DNA of 63,171 bases, counting the filler, from Octopus bimaculoides (Eukaryota): NCBI RefSeq assembly GCF_001194135.2. It is 5 parts of 4 records of this genome, joined end to end, with 100 filler letters (N's around TTAATTAATTAA, not from the genome) between each part and the next. Parts side by side here need not be neighbours in the genome. Positions count along the whole stretch, not along the records: positions 47,425 to 63,171 come from NC_068983.1; 4 more parts are not named here. One strand, given 5' to 3'. A program made the position numbers and the translations under genes. The number at the start of each line of letters is the position of its first letter. Position 1 is the stretch's first letter. Positions 50,188 to 63,171 of this stretch are shown piece after piece. A model generated the notes under the pieces. The model was given only the letters and a program-made list of their open reading frames with translations, made no database searches and was not told the DNA's origin.

Positions 50188-52417
50188 GATTGTTCTTCCC
50201 TCGCGTTTGCTATGAGTTATACAAACGTTACTAAGCTTATAGCAGCTAAACTGCATGTTGTCCACAATCATATTTTTAGCTGTCGCCGTTGTTTTGTATT
50301 TGTGCAGCAGTAAAAGAAAAAAAGAAAAAAAACAATAATGAATTGCCTGCAATAAAAAGTGCAATAAAGTGTAGCTTATGCAAGCAGCAACAGTGATTGC
50401 AACAGCATGATCATCTGCAAAGACAACACGTAGCATATGATGCAAGATGGTTAGACTGGTTTCACTCATTACTCACTTTTCTCTCTAGTCTCTCTAGTCT
50501 CTCTAGTCTCTCCCTCTTCCTCCAGCCTCTCTCTCTCTCTCACATGGAGTAGCATAGTCTGGTAGCATTTATATCAGCATGCAGAGCCAGGCAGAAAGAC
50601 TAAACTTAACAAACAAACCAACTTAACTGTTTATATTGAAATTGTAGACTAGTTGAATAAGTTACGAAGACTTTCACATGCATTAAACTAGCATTCACTT
50701 GCAGAAACATGGAAATACTGGAGCCGTCTATATTGCAAATTATTCACAGTATTATACACAGTGCCATTGTTTGTATTATGTGAAATTTAAAAAAAATAAA
50801 TAAATAAAAATAACTTAACACTTGCTAGGCTGAAAAAATCAAAGAATTTTCCCCACTCCATGCTTTTTTTTTTTTATGGTTTATCTAGCACTAATAGAAT
50901 AGGTAAAATCTGTTCATTAACCTTTCATGATCAGATTTATCTAATACTAGGTCTTGAAATCGATTGAATTCTTCTCAGGAAATCCAATCTCAACACTTGT
51001 TAGACAGAGTATTTAAGAGATGGTGTTGAATGATAATCTGTCCAGATTGAAAACCATACTAACACAAATAAATCATCATTATCATTATCATCATTTAAAG
51101 TTCATTTTCCAAGCTGGCATCGGTTGGAATGTTTGACAAGTACCCTCTAAGCATTTCACCTGGTGTGCTAATGTTTCTGCCAGCTCACCACCAAATATCC
51201 ATTTCTATTCTAGGCACAAGGCCAGAAATTTTGGGGGAGGGGGTCAGTCGATTAGATCGATCCCAGTATGCAACTGGTACTTAATCTATCGACCCTGAAA
51301 GGATGAAAGGCAAAGTTGACTTCAGCAGAATTTGAACTCAGAACATAAAGACAGACAAAATACAACTAAGCATTTCACCTGGCGNNNNNNNNNNATTAGA
51401 TCGACGCCAGTACACAACTGGTACTTAATTTATCGACCCCGAAAGGATGAAAGGCAAAGTCAACCTCGGCAGAATTTGAACTCAGAACGTAAAGACAGAT
51501 GAAACACTGTTAAGCATTTTGCCTGGCGTGCTAACATTTCCGCCAGCTCGCCATCTTACACACACACACACACACACACACATCTATTGACAGTTGGCAG
51601 AAGCTACAGAGTGACTCAAGGTCTGAGAGTCTTGTGTGTTAACACTTATCACTTGGTTTCAAATCAAAGGGGCATGCATTTACATGCTGGTGATAATGGA
51701 ACTTCCCAGGATTGTTCTGGAACAACTTATAAAAGCAATTACAATGTCACATGCTTAATGTTCAGAAATCTAATGCGAAATTCGAATGTAGTAAGAAGTG
51801 GGGAACATAACTCATTGATTTGTTCCATTCTAACCATTTCTGTGACTAACAGAGTTGTAAAGAAGTGCAGACTTTACAGTACTTTGCAAAGTTAGTGAAG
51901 TATAGAATATTACAGAAAAAATAGTAAAAAAAACATAAACACTGAGGTTAATTATTGCTAAGGGACACCGTCCTTGTGGAAACTGACAGTTATGTATGAG
52001 CAAACATTTAAGTATGGTGATATCAGGTACGACAACGAGGGTTCTAGTTGATCTGATCAATGGAACAGCCTGATGGTGAAATTAACATGCAAGTGGCTGA
52101 AAATTCCACAGACACGTGTGCCCTTAATGTAGATCTCAATGAGATTCAGCGTGACACAGAATGTGACAAAGCTGGCCCTTTGAAATACAGGTACTACTCA
52201 ATTTTGCCAGCCAAGTGAACTGGAGCAATGTGAAATAAAGTGTCTTGCTTAAGGACGCAATGCATCAGCAGGAATTGAATTCACAACCTTACGATCATGA
52301 GTCAACTACCCTAACCATTAAGCCATGTGCTTTCATACAGTAGAATAAGACCAAACTATGTCCAGGCTTGTCTTCCATACTCATTTATTTTCAAACACAT
52401 ACAAAGTGGAAAAATTT

Positions 52418-52486
52418 GCCATGAGACTCGAACTCACATCTCTTTGATTACCGGTCAAGTGCTTTACCAGTTAAGCTAAACTGCCC
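52418..52486 (-). repeat. tRNA-Thr-like pseudo-tRNA or SINE head
   Basis: Minus strand GGGCAGTTTAGCTTAACTGGTAAAGCACTTGACCGGTAATCAAAGAGATGTGAGTTCGAGTCTCATGGC has D-arm-like, anticodon-like (TTGA-CCGGTAA-TCAA) and B-box (GTTCGAGTC) segments, but the acceptor stem pairs poorly. Confidence 0.45.
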
Positions 52487-53489
52487 ACTGACAAATTAAT
52501 CTGCAATTTTTGAACTTATAAAGCTACTAAGCAGGATGCTGCCAGGCTGAAATTCAAATTACGATAAATGTAAACAAACTAAAGTTTATTTTTAGAAGTG
52601 TTAAAATGTATTGTGAGAGTATGGTAAGAACATAATTCCTTTATGTTTTTATCATGCTGGAGCACAACCTAGGAAGTTTAACATGAACAAATCAACCCCT
52701 ATACTTATCTCAAGTCTGACACTTCTTCGCACAGTTTCTTTCTATCAAACCACTGAGTTATGGAGATGTAAACAAAGCAACACTGGTTATCTAGCAGGGT
52801 GATGCACAAACTAAAAAACATGCACACACATGCATATATGTACACATGTATATATATATGCATATACACACACACAATGAGCTTCCACAAGGTTTTTCAA
52901 CCAAATTCTATCACAAGGCTTTGGTTGGCTCAAGGCTATGGTAAAATAATCTTCCCCAAGCTGCCTTGCAGCAGGACTGGACCCACATTCATATGGCTGT
53001 GAAGCAAAACAGTCATACCTGTGAATATATATCTATATGAATTAAGGCTGCTGGAAATTATTGCATTAATATCAAGCAATGAGCTAATAATGCTTGCACT
53101 GCTTCATCACGTTAGTAATTATTATTAGATTTTTGAGGCACTGAATAAAATATGTTTATACTTCGTTAATTGTTTGTTTAGGTAGACGGCATTTTTGAGC
53201 AATTAGCATCAGTGTGTTGTGTGTGTGTGTGTGTGTGTGTGTTGTGTGTGTGTTGTGTGTGTGTGTGTGTGTGTGTTCCATATATCTCTGATCATTGAAG
53301 TATTTACAGAAATTGTTGTAAGTAGCAGCAATGTTGTTAGTTGACCTTGTGAGTCAATCAATAAGTAATTCATTTATCTCATTAATGAATGATAAACAGT
53401 GTCAACTACGTGACATTTCTTAATCGGAGGCATCCTTCCATCTTATGTAGCAACAGGTTTTTGACACAAATAACTCTAAGGAAAACTAC

Positions 53490-53548
53490 CTGCCTCATCT
53501 TGTGTAGCTTATTCTCTGCATCAGAGCTTTCCCACTCAGAATGTTTTG
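53490..53548 (-). CDS. Candidate internal exon of an unidentified gene
   Basis: Acceptor ttttttttataag|, donor CAG|GTAGTT, open frame KHSEWESSDAENKLHKMRQ; no family recognised. Confidence 0.35.
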
Positions 53549-54489
53549 CTTATAAAAAAAAAGTGTTCAGTTTTCCTTCGGCAACCTTACAGGCTACAAT
53601 GGAAATTGCTATGTCCAAGATACAGACCACCATTTACTATTGTCCACATTGGGTCATAGAGATTAAAGTATCTTTACAAAGGGTGCAATCACAAACTATT
53701 GATCCTTAAACTGGTCAATTTATAAACTCTTGAGAGAATATGAAATAATTGATTTTTGGAACAGTGAATCTTAAAGCACATAAGGCTATAAATAATATCA
53801 TGTAATTATTGGGTTGAAAGAGCCTTTGGGATAGAACAGTCATATGTTAGCTTTGACCAGCTATTATTTATAGCTGTATCTATGCACTTTGAGAACCACT
53901 ATTCTGAAAAAATTATTTCACAATCTCTCATCATCCAGTGTTTTAATTACGGATTTTGTCCCAATTAACAGGGATGGCCAGATCTACCTCAATGCCATAG
54001 CAACTGAGGTAGGAAGGTGCAGCCCACCCCAACCTTTGGACTGGCTGGTGCCTATTTTCCTTCGCTATCATGAGGCTTTTTTGGAGCTGGATTTTCTATG
54101 GGGAGCATGTCCTTGCTTACTCTTAACCTCAGTTTCTAGACATGAGTGGTCCCAAGACCAAGGCCTCTAACACAATTTTTAAGAAATGTGGTGGAAAACT
54201 AGCTCAGGAAGCAGGGATGCTACTCCCTGAAACCCCTTTCGGAGCGCCATTACTTCTCAAAAGCTTATAAAAAATTCTTATGATGTCAATGACATAAAAT
54301 GCTCACTGGTAAGAATAGAGTTTCTAAAATGAAGAGAGAAATTTGAAGGATTGCTCTGACCCAATAGCAGAAGATCTTATTACTCAGTATGACCAGCAAC
54401 CGCAATATTAGAATTAGATGTAATCAAGGACACAAGACTATCTGAATTATGGAAGCTGAAATATCCCTTGACCAGACATAAATTCAATG

Positions 54490-54912
54490 GCATATTTATT
54501 AATAGACAATGTGGAAGGGATAGACCCAGGGAGATGTAGGATGAAATGGTGAGAAAGGATCTACAGATGTTGGGACTCACAAAGAGGATGACAAAGGACC
54601 GAGACCCCTGGCAGTTTGCTGTGCTTAAAAAGACACGTCAAGCTAAGTGAAAGTAGGGTTGCCCTTGCATACAATCTCATCCCTCTGCAGCTGAGCAACT
54701 CTAATCTTGCACATTTGTAGGTACTGGTCCCACGTAAAAAGCACCCATGCTGGTGTTGTGTAAAAGCACCCAGTATACTTTGTAAAGTGATTGGCATTAA
54801 GAAGGGCATCAATCCGTAGAAACCATGCCAAAACAGACATGGATCTTGAACAGCCCCTCATGAACAACCCATGCCAGCATGGAAAACAGATGTTAAATGA
54901 TGATAATGATGG
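54490..54912 (+). mobile_element. Older RTE 3' end
   Basis: RQCGRDRPRR../DEMVRKDLQMLGLTKRMTKDRDPWQFAVLKKTRQAK* followed by the family 3' UTR and a GAT tail. Confidence 0.8.
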
Positions 54913-55197
54913 TAAGATTTGACAGGGGAAATAGAGACTTATGCCATAGAGGACAACTGGGAGTTTCTACAAGATAAACTTCTGTGTGCAACAGACTAGA
55001 TCTGCACCTGGAGCTAGGTTCAAGTCTAAAATAAGTGCCATGGTGGAGGATTAGTTCACCAGATATAGCTATAAAAAGATAGAAGACTGGCTTAGAAATA
55101 CCAATGATATCAAGTGGCGAGCATGGGAATAAAAACCTCATAGGTAATAATTATTATTAAAATTACAATTAATTATAATTTTAATTATAAATATACG

Positions 55198-55262
<65 letters not shown>

Positions 55263-58126
55263 CGAGCAGTGCATAAATATTATCTTGCTTGGAAACAAGT
55301 AAGGGTTGCTAACAGGAAGAGCATCTGGATGTAAAAAGTCTGTCTCAATAAATTTATTACCATCCATTCATGTATGGAAAAGTAGGTGTCATGATGATGA
55401 TGATGATTATAATAACAATAGTAATAATAATATATATGAAAACAGTACTACTTTAATGTGCAAAGGTCAAACTAAGAGAATATAAAAAATAAGAAAGTGC
55501 TATGATTTTTTTTCCATGATGCTCTAAGTGTAGTCTAAATATATTTTGTCTTAACACTGTAGGAACTAATTTGAACTAATTTATACTTTTATCTAAATGG
55601 GACATAGAACATTTATGTAACTGAGAATCATTTCCATTACAATACACATGACATCCTGCTTGCATGATTTGTTCATATTTATCAAACTGAGATAAAAATG
55701 TAGACCAAAGCAATTTAAAAGTCTTTTTTTTTTTGTTTTTGCTATTTTCTGTCCTTTTTTTTTTTACATGCCAGTATATTAACAGAAAAGTATGTCTAAC
55801 TTCTGTTAGCTGCTCTGATTTAAGTTCTTTTTGGCATCAAGAAAATGAATGATATCTGTCTCTTGGGACAGGACATTAATCTATCTCGGCTGGCATTCCC
55901 AAATTATGTACAATAGTTTATTGTCAATATCTTGGTGAACCGAGATGATTTTTTTATTGCTGTTCAGATTGAGGTCATTCTTTGACCTCACTTATGGTCA
56001 AAGGTGTTCAAGTTGTGACTATCCTGTCCTTTATTTATTTATTTTAGGATATGGTGTATCTAGGATTATTTTAACCAATGTTTCCTAGCAATATTAAAAA
56101 GTGGAAAAGTATAATATGAAGTGAAGATCTGTCAAAATTAATATCATATCAGACAAAATGCTTAGCAGCATTCCTTCTGGTTATTTATGCTCTGAGTTCA
56201 AATCCCACCAAGGTCAACTTTTCCTTTTGTTCCTTCAGGAGTTGGTAAAAATAAGGTATTAGCCAAGTACTGGAACCAATGTAATTAATTTGCCCTCTCT
56301 CCTCAAAGTTACTGGCCTTGGACCCTGCAATGGAAAAATGTCTTATTCAAGGCAAATGTGGTGATCTTAGCCACTTATATGCCATGAAAACCAGGTAACC
56401 AGCCTTGAGTCATAGGACTCAAGTAAAAAAAACAAAAAAATTCCGCAGCATGGCCGCAGTTTAATGACTGAAACAAGTAACAGATAAAAGTACAATCCAA
56501 GGGAGATTTAGCTACTGTTTCTAGTTGGTTGACTGATCATAAAACGAGGTTTCCCTCAATACAACTATGACTTTTAATGTCACAATAACCAATGAAAATA
56601 CTTTTAGAAAATTTATATCAAATTTTGTGATATGAAAATTTTAAATATCACCACTTGTTATACAAAATTTTGGTCACTAGATTGCAATAAGTCAGTTAGT
56701 GGTTCATAGCAAGTCCAACAGCAACAGTGTCAAAAGAATGTCTATGAAACTCGGACACAACAAATACTATGATGGGGTATTTTAGTTTGAAATTACTGGC
56801 TCAGCAGTTTTCTTGGTAACGTTGACATCATTTGTTCCTATAATTCAACTGAAAATACATTTTATCATCGTCATTGAACATCCACTTTTTTCATGCTTGC
56901 ATAGGACAGACAGAATTAGTTGAGGCAAATTTATTGTGGCTGGATGTTCTTCTTGTCACCAACCCTCACCTGTATCCAAGCAAGACAATATTTTTCCATG
57001 GTCAGACATGCTTTTAATGGAAAACTGGAAACAAACAACCTCACTTATATGATGACGATGATGTTCATTTAGAACCATCCCACAATGTCTAGACAATGGT
57101 AAACATTGACATGCAGACAGGCAGACAGACAGACGGATGGATGGGCGAACGGACAGACAGACACACACACAATGTGCTTCTTTCAGTTTCCATCTACCGA
57201 ATCCACTTGCAAGGCTTTGGTTGGCCCAGGGCTATAACAGAAAACATTTGCCCTGGGTGGGGCACACTATGGAATTGAACCTAGAACTATGTGGTTGTGA
57301 GGAAAACTTCTTACCACACAGTGCTTCTGTTTGATCATAGATTATTATAGATGTAGGTATTCAGTCTTGTGACAATAAATAAACCTTTCTCCTATGGGCA
57401 CAAGGCCTGAAATTTTGGGGGAGGGGAAAGTCGATTATATCGACCGCAGTACACAACTGGTATTTAATTTATCGCCCCATCCCCGAAAGGATGAAAGGCA
57501 AAGTTGACCCCAGCTGAATTTGAACTCAGAACATAGCGACAGGCGAAATACTGCTAAGCATTTCGTCCAGCATGCTAATGTTTCTTATTTCTTTATTGCC
57601 CACAAGGGGCTACACACAGAGCGGACAAACAAGGACAGACAAACGGATTAAATCGATTACATCGACCCCAGTGCGTAACTGGTACTTAATTTATCAACCC
57701 CAAAAGGATGAAAGGCAAAGTTGACCTCGGCGGAATTTGAACTCAGAACGTAACGGCAGATGAAATACCGCTAAGCATTTTGCCCAGCGTGCTAACGTCT
57801 CTGCCAACTCGCTGCCTTTCTTGTGACAATGAATAATGCTGTCCAGGGTGACATAACAAAAGAATGTTTGTGTATTTCGAATAAAATGGCTATTACAAGC
57901 TGTCTTTGTATCATGTGCCATTTTAATGACATTTCTTACTAACATATAATTCTGTCACTGTGTGGTTAATAAGCTTGCATTCCAACTACGTGGTTTCAGG
58001 TTCAATCCCACTGAACCTGAGTTCAGTCCACTATGCCAGAGCAGACACTGGGTTTATGACGCAATCTTTAAGACCTGACAGATCTAGTCAAACCATAATT
58101 GTGCCAACAAGGAACATGGACATTAA

Positions 58127-58164
<38 letters not shown>

Positions 58165-59685
58165 TGCACAGCATCAGAATGGATATTGCAAAATATCCCA
58201 TCTGATGTCTAGCAATTCTGCTAACTCACTATCTGTGACTGGTTTTTTGATTATGAAACCTGAAAGGATGAAAAACAGAAGTTGACCTTTGCATGAATTG
58301 AACTCAGGACACAGAGAGCCATTATAGATTTATCTGACACTCTAATGACTCAGCCAATTTGCTGTGATATGTGTTCTTACATTCTTACATAATCTTTTAT
58401 TTATTTATATTTTACCAGCTTTAGTTTACTGGACTGTGACCAGGCTGGGGCACTGCCTTCAAGGGTTTAGTTAAACAAATTGACCCCAGGGAATATTTAA
58501 AAGAAAAAAAAAATATTTGGTATGTACTCTGTCAGTCTGTTTTGACAAACTGCTATGTTGGAGAGAAGTAAACAAGCCAACTCCAATTGTTAAGTAGTGA
58601 AGTGACAAATACAAAGATACATCCTCACTGACAACATATATATGGTGGGCTTCCACACAGTTTCTGCTTAAGGCAGTAGTCAGCCTTGGGCTATAGTAAG
58701 ACACTTGCCCAAGAGCCCCCATAGTGGGACTGTGAGACTGAACCTGAAACTACATGGTCACAAAGTGACCTTCCTGCCATGCCTTCATCTATCAATGAAG
58801 GATATTTAAACTGTAAAATGAAAAGCCATCCCCCCCCCCNNNNNNNNNNNNNNNNNNNNNNNNNNNNNNNNNNNNNNNNNNNNNNNNNNNNNNNNNNNNN
58901 NNNNNNNNNNNNNNNNNNNNNNNNNNNNNNNNNNNNNNNNNNNNNNNNNNNNNNNNNNNNNNNNNNNNNNNNNNNNNNNNNNNNNNNNNNNNNNNNNNNN
59001 NNNNNNNNNNNNNNNNNNNNNNNNNNNNNNNNNNNNNNNNNNNNNNNNNNNNNNNNNNNNNNNNNNNNNNNNNNNNNNNNNNNNNNNNNNNNNNNNNNNN
59101 NNNNNNNNNNNNNNNNNNNNNNNNNNNNNNNNNNNNNNNNNNNNNNNNNNNNNNNNNNNNNNNNNNNNNNNNNNNNNNNNNNNNNNNNNNNNNNNNNNNN
59201 NNNNNNNNNNNNNNNNNNNNNNNNNNNNNNNNNNNNNNNNNNNNNNNNNNNNNNNNNNNNNNNNNNNNNNNNNNNNNNNNNNNNNNNNNNNNNNNNNNNN
59301 NNNNNNNNNNNNNNNNNNNNNNNNNNNNNNNNNNNNNNNNNNNNNNNNNNNNNNNNNNNNATATACAGATATATATATACACACACACACACACATCAAT
59401 ACACTAATATATATATATATACAGGGGGTTAAACATAGAGGGGACAAAGAAGGACAGATAAAGGGATTAAGTTGATTACATTGGTCTCCAGTGCATAACT
59501 GGTACTTATTTAATTGACCTCGAAATGATAAATGGCAAAGTTGACCTTGGCAGAATTTGAACTCAGAACATAACAGCAGATTGAATACTGCTAAGCATCT
59601 TACCCAGCGTAATAACAATTCTGCAAGCTTGGCGGTCTCATATATATATGTGTGTGTGTGTGTGTGTGGGGTGTATGTTTGTTTA

Positions 59686-60058
59686 GGCGCAATGGCCCAC
59701 TGGTTAGGGCAGCGGACTCATGGTCATAAGATTGCAGTTTTGATTCCCAGACCGGGCGTTGCGAGTGTTTATTGAGCGAAAACACCCAAAGCTCCATGAG
59801 GCTCCTGCAGGGAGTGGTGGCGAACCCTGCCATACTCTTTCACCACAACTTTCTGACACTCTTTCTTCCTGTTTCTGTTGTGCCTGTAATTCAAAGGGCC
59901 AGTCATGTCACACACTGTGTCACGTTGAATCTCCTCGAGAACTATGTTAAGGGCACACGTGTCTGTGGAGTGCTCAGCCACTTGCATGTTAATTTTATGA
60001 GCAGGCAGTTCCATTGATCGGAACAACTGGAGCCCTCATCATAGTAACTGACAGAGTG
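59686..60058 (+). mobile_element. SINE family C (GGCGCAATGGCCC tRNA-like head; gtggagtgctcagccacttgcacgttaatttcacgagc core)
   Basis: Full-length copy. Others at 1715-2048(-), 20113-20280(+), 20540-20670(-), 52025-52337(-), 62340-62640(+). Confidence 0.8.
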
Positions 60059-60129
60059 TAACGATATATATATATCATCAAATTACATTCTCTTTTCATG
60101 TTGATATCTATCTATTTATCTATCTATAT

Positions 60130-60572
60130 CATCATCATCGTTTAACGTCCGCTTTCCATGCTAGCATGGGTTGGACGATTTGACTGAGGACTGGTGGACC
60201 AGATGGCTACACCAGGCTCCAATCTGATTTGGCAGAGTTTCTACAGCTTGATGTCCTTCCTAACGCCAACCATTCGGAGAGTGTAGTGGGCGCTTTTATG
60301 TGCCACCGGCACGAAGGCCAGTCAGGCGGTACTGGCAACAGCCGTGCTCAAAATGGTGTATTTTATGTGCCACCCTCACAAGGGCCAGTCCAGGGGCACT
60401 GGCAACAATCTCGCTCGAAAGTCCTTTCACATGCCGCGGGCACAAGTGCCAGAAAGGCGACACTGGGCACAGGTGCCATCACGATTTCGCTTTCACTTGC
60501 CCCAACAGGTCTTCGCAAGCTGAGTTTCGTGTCCAATGAAGGAGACGACGTTGGCATGGGTGCCAGTTGTCG
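60130..60572 (-). mobile_element. Young RTE 3' end with internal repeat units
   Basis: Family terminus plus gccagtcaggcggtactggcaac units; CpGs largely intact. Confidence 0.85.
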
Positions 60573-60573
60573 A

Positions 60574-60624
<51 letters not shown>

Positions 60625-61275
60625 CACACACATATACATATATACATAGAATCGTCATTTAACATCCTTTATTCCCATGCTGATATAGATAGATATATAC
60701 ATACAAACATACATACATACATACTTACATACATACATAAAATAAAGAGTTGTTTGTACACAGCAGTCCCCATTACATCTAAGAAGTTAAAAACAATAAG
60801 AGAGAGGTGTTGGTGTGTAGCAGGGTCAGATAGATTGACCCTTTGTGGGAGAGGCTATACTGCTTAGTGCTTCCACAAGAAAGCTAACAGAGAGGGAAAG
60901 CATAAAGAACGCAGAGGAGGACGGTAGGAACTAACGAAATGTGCAGCTGCAAAGGAACCATTTAAGAGGCTGTTTTGTAAGTGTGCATGCACCAATGAAG
61001 ATGAACAGCACCGCCTGCAACACATGGTATACGTGCAGGAATACACCTATTATCAATTTACTAGGAGGCTTTTAACAACCACTGCAACATCTGAAGAGGA
61101 TAATGGTGGTAATAATGATGAAGCAAAAAAAAAAAAAATAAGAGGATGATGATAATTAAGAAATAGTGTAGATTAAAACACACAGAATCACACACACATA
61201 CATACACACACACACACACGTTTATGTATATGTACACATACATACATTTATATGCATACAGATGGATATACAGAT

Positions 61276-61323
<48 letters not shown>

Positions 61324-63055
61324 ATGATATTGATGATGAAAATGATATAATTTATTAATATTTAACAGAAGCGACAGAGTGCCTCAATGACTGACAGTTT
61401 CGTGCACTAGCACTTATCAATGTGTGTGTGGGAGAAATTGATTATTAGTAGCATTAATAAAAATACTATGATTCTAAGAGGTTGCTTTTACTAGCGAAGT
61501 ATAATAACATGTGAAGTGGTGGAATGCCCATCTATACACCCACACGTTTACATGGATATAAGAGTGTGGCATATGTGTGTGTATATATGTATATATATAT
61601 GTGTTTGCAAGTGCGTGGGAGACATTGATTGTTAAGAACATCAGTAACAGAAAAACATTGAGAAAACACAGAGAGTGATTGCTTTTACTAAAGAAGTATC
61701 ACAACACGTAAGCTCGAACAGATCAATCTCCGGGCTGGGTAGAGGTAGGGGGGCGTGGGTGGCGGTGGCAGTGGGGGGAAATACTCGTAGCTCTGAAATG
61801 ACAGACAGATCGGAGATCGGCTGAGAATATTCTAGTTGAAGAATGGGGAATATGGAATACGGTAGAAACAATATAAGACAAATATGAGGATAATGTCGGA
61901 AGAATTATTTTGCAAAGAATAAAATACAAGATCATTGTTAATATATAAATATATATATATATGAAACAATATTTAAAAGAATTTGGTACAAATCAATATT
62001 TAGAATACAGCAGGAATAAAATGTCTGTAAGATCAATAATATTTTGTGAGTGAATGTTTCATAATTTTCTGACCAAAATAATTTATACACAAGTAAACTT
62101 TGTTTGCATGTTGATAATGACATTTCTTAGACTAATATTTACCAGGCACGAGAGAGATTAGAATGGAAGGAATGGGGAATTTATAAATTTTAAAGAATAT
62201 GGAACAAATATCCAATATATATTGGAATTTAATACTGAAGAGAACTATACTGAAGCCTTTCTTATACACAGACATGCACGCACACATGCACACACACACT
62301 TTCGTTTGTTCATTGTCTGTCTGTTTTGCTATGCTGAGTAAAAGCACATGGCTTAGTGGTGAGGGCATTCGGCTCATGATTGTAAGGTCGTGAGTTCAAT
62401 TCCTGGCGATGAGTTTATTTCATGCTGCTCCAGTCTACTCAGCTGGCAAAATAAAGTAGTACCTGTATTTCAAAGGGATCAGCCCTGTCACATTCTGTAT
62501 CACACTGAATCTTCCTGAGAACTGCATTAGGGGTACACATGTCTGTGGCATGGTCAGCTGATTGCCCATCAATTTCACGAGCAGGGTTTTCCGTTGATCT
62601 GATCAACTGGAACCCTCACAGTCGTAATTGACAGAGTGCCGGATTTTTCATGCTTGCATGGGTTAGAGAAATATATTATTGAAGTATTACTTTACAGCTA
62701 GATGCTCTTCCTGTCACTAAACCCTATCGGTTTTTCAAGACATCTCTTATTTCACTTGGTTTTGAAGGCTTGAATCAAGCAAATGACTTCCTGACAGAAG
62801 AAATAACAACAGCAACATTTTTAGAAATTTTCATGGAGCACAGATGCAAACAAATTTACAGATGCACACGTGCACACATACACACAACAGATGTGCATGC
62901 ACACACACACACACACACACATTCTTTGTAAGCCTAGTACTTATTCCATTGGTTTCTTTTGCTAAACCGCTGTTACGGGATCATAGACATACCAACATCA
63001 GTAGTCAAAGCGATGGTAGTTGGGGGATAAACACAAACACACAAACGAAAGAAGC

Positions 63056-63102
<47 letters not shown>

Positions 63103-63171
63103 GACAGGCTTCTTTCAGTTTCCGTCTACCACATCCACTCACAAGGCTTTGGCCACCCCGAGGCTATAGTA

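Noticed and set aside
51587-51895. 102-aa plus-strand ORF (also 53389-53709 and 53889-54170)
   Set aside because: Non-ATG starts, no recognisable domain and no consistent splice signals; such lengths are expected by chance.
59686-59760. tRNA genes at the SINE heads (also 19250, 43531, 17189)
   Set aside because: A/B-box-like motifs are present, but each continues into a multi-copy SINE body and lacks a complete cloverleaf.
60864-61152. Open frames of 46-73 codons on both strands
   Set aside because: No convincing splice pairs or motifs; the frames end in low-complexity A/GAT runs.

Overview
AT-rich, repeat-dense eukaryotic genomic DNA, about 15% N. The repeat content (tRNA-head SINEs, RTE 3' ends with (GAT)n tails, heavy TA/CA/TACA microsatellites) suggests a coleoid cephalopod such as Octopus; this is inference, not a database result. 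Four synthetic 100-nt spacers (44 N + TTAATTAATTAA + 44 N) split the window into five joined segments, so adjacency across them is unproven. The only confidently identified gene is the 5' part of an RBM28/Nop4-like RRM protein: four phase-consistent plus-strand exons at 20853-26450, with no further exons found after the spacer at ~27.3 kb. The rest is decayed transposons (mariner, Tc1, Tigger/pogo, Tx1/L1-like, two RLE-type non-LTR elements, RTE, Penelope-like), three SINE families and microsatellites. The most notable points are: (i) many long inverted-repeat/foldback elements, including a perfect 52-bp-arm hairpin and a 114-bp-arm hairpin; (ii) recurrent tail-to-tail and head-to-head RTE junctions around RBM28 exons; (iii) a nested Tx1 + R4/Dong-like insertion in one trinucleotide microsatellite; (iv) a CpG-decay pattern in SINE copies that points to an unrecognised gene at ~43-60 kb, with candidate exons. 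Nearly all entries in the supplied ORF track are artefacts of microsatellites or N-runs. Repeat boundaries are read by eye and approximate unless stated.
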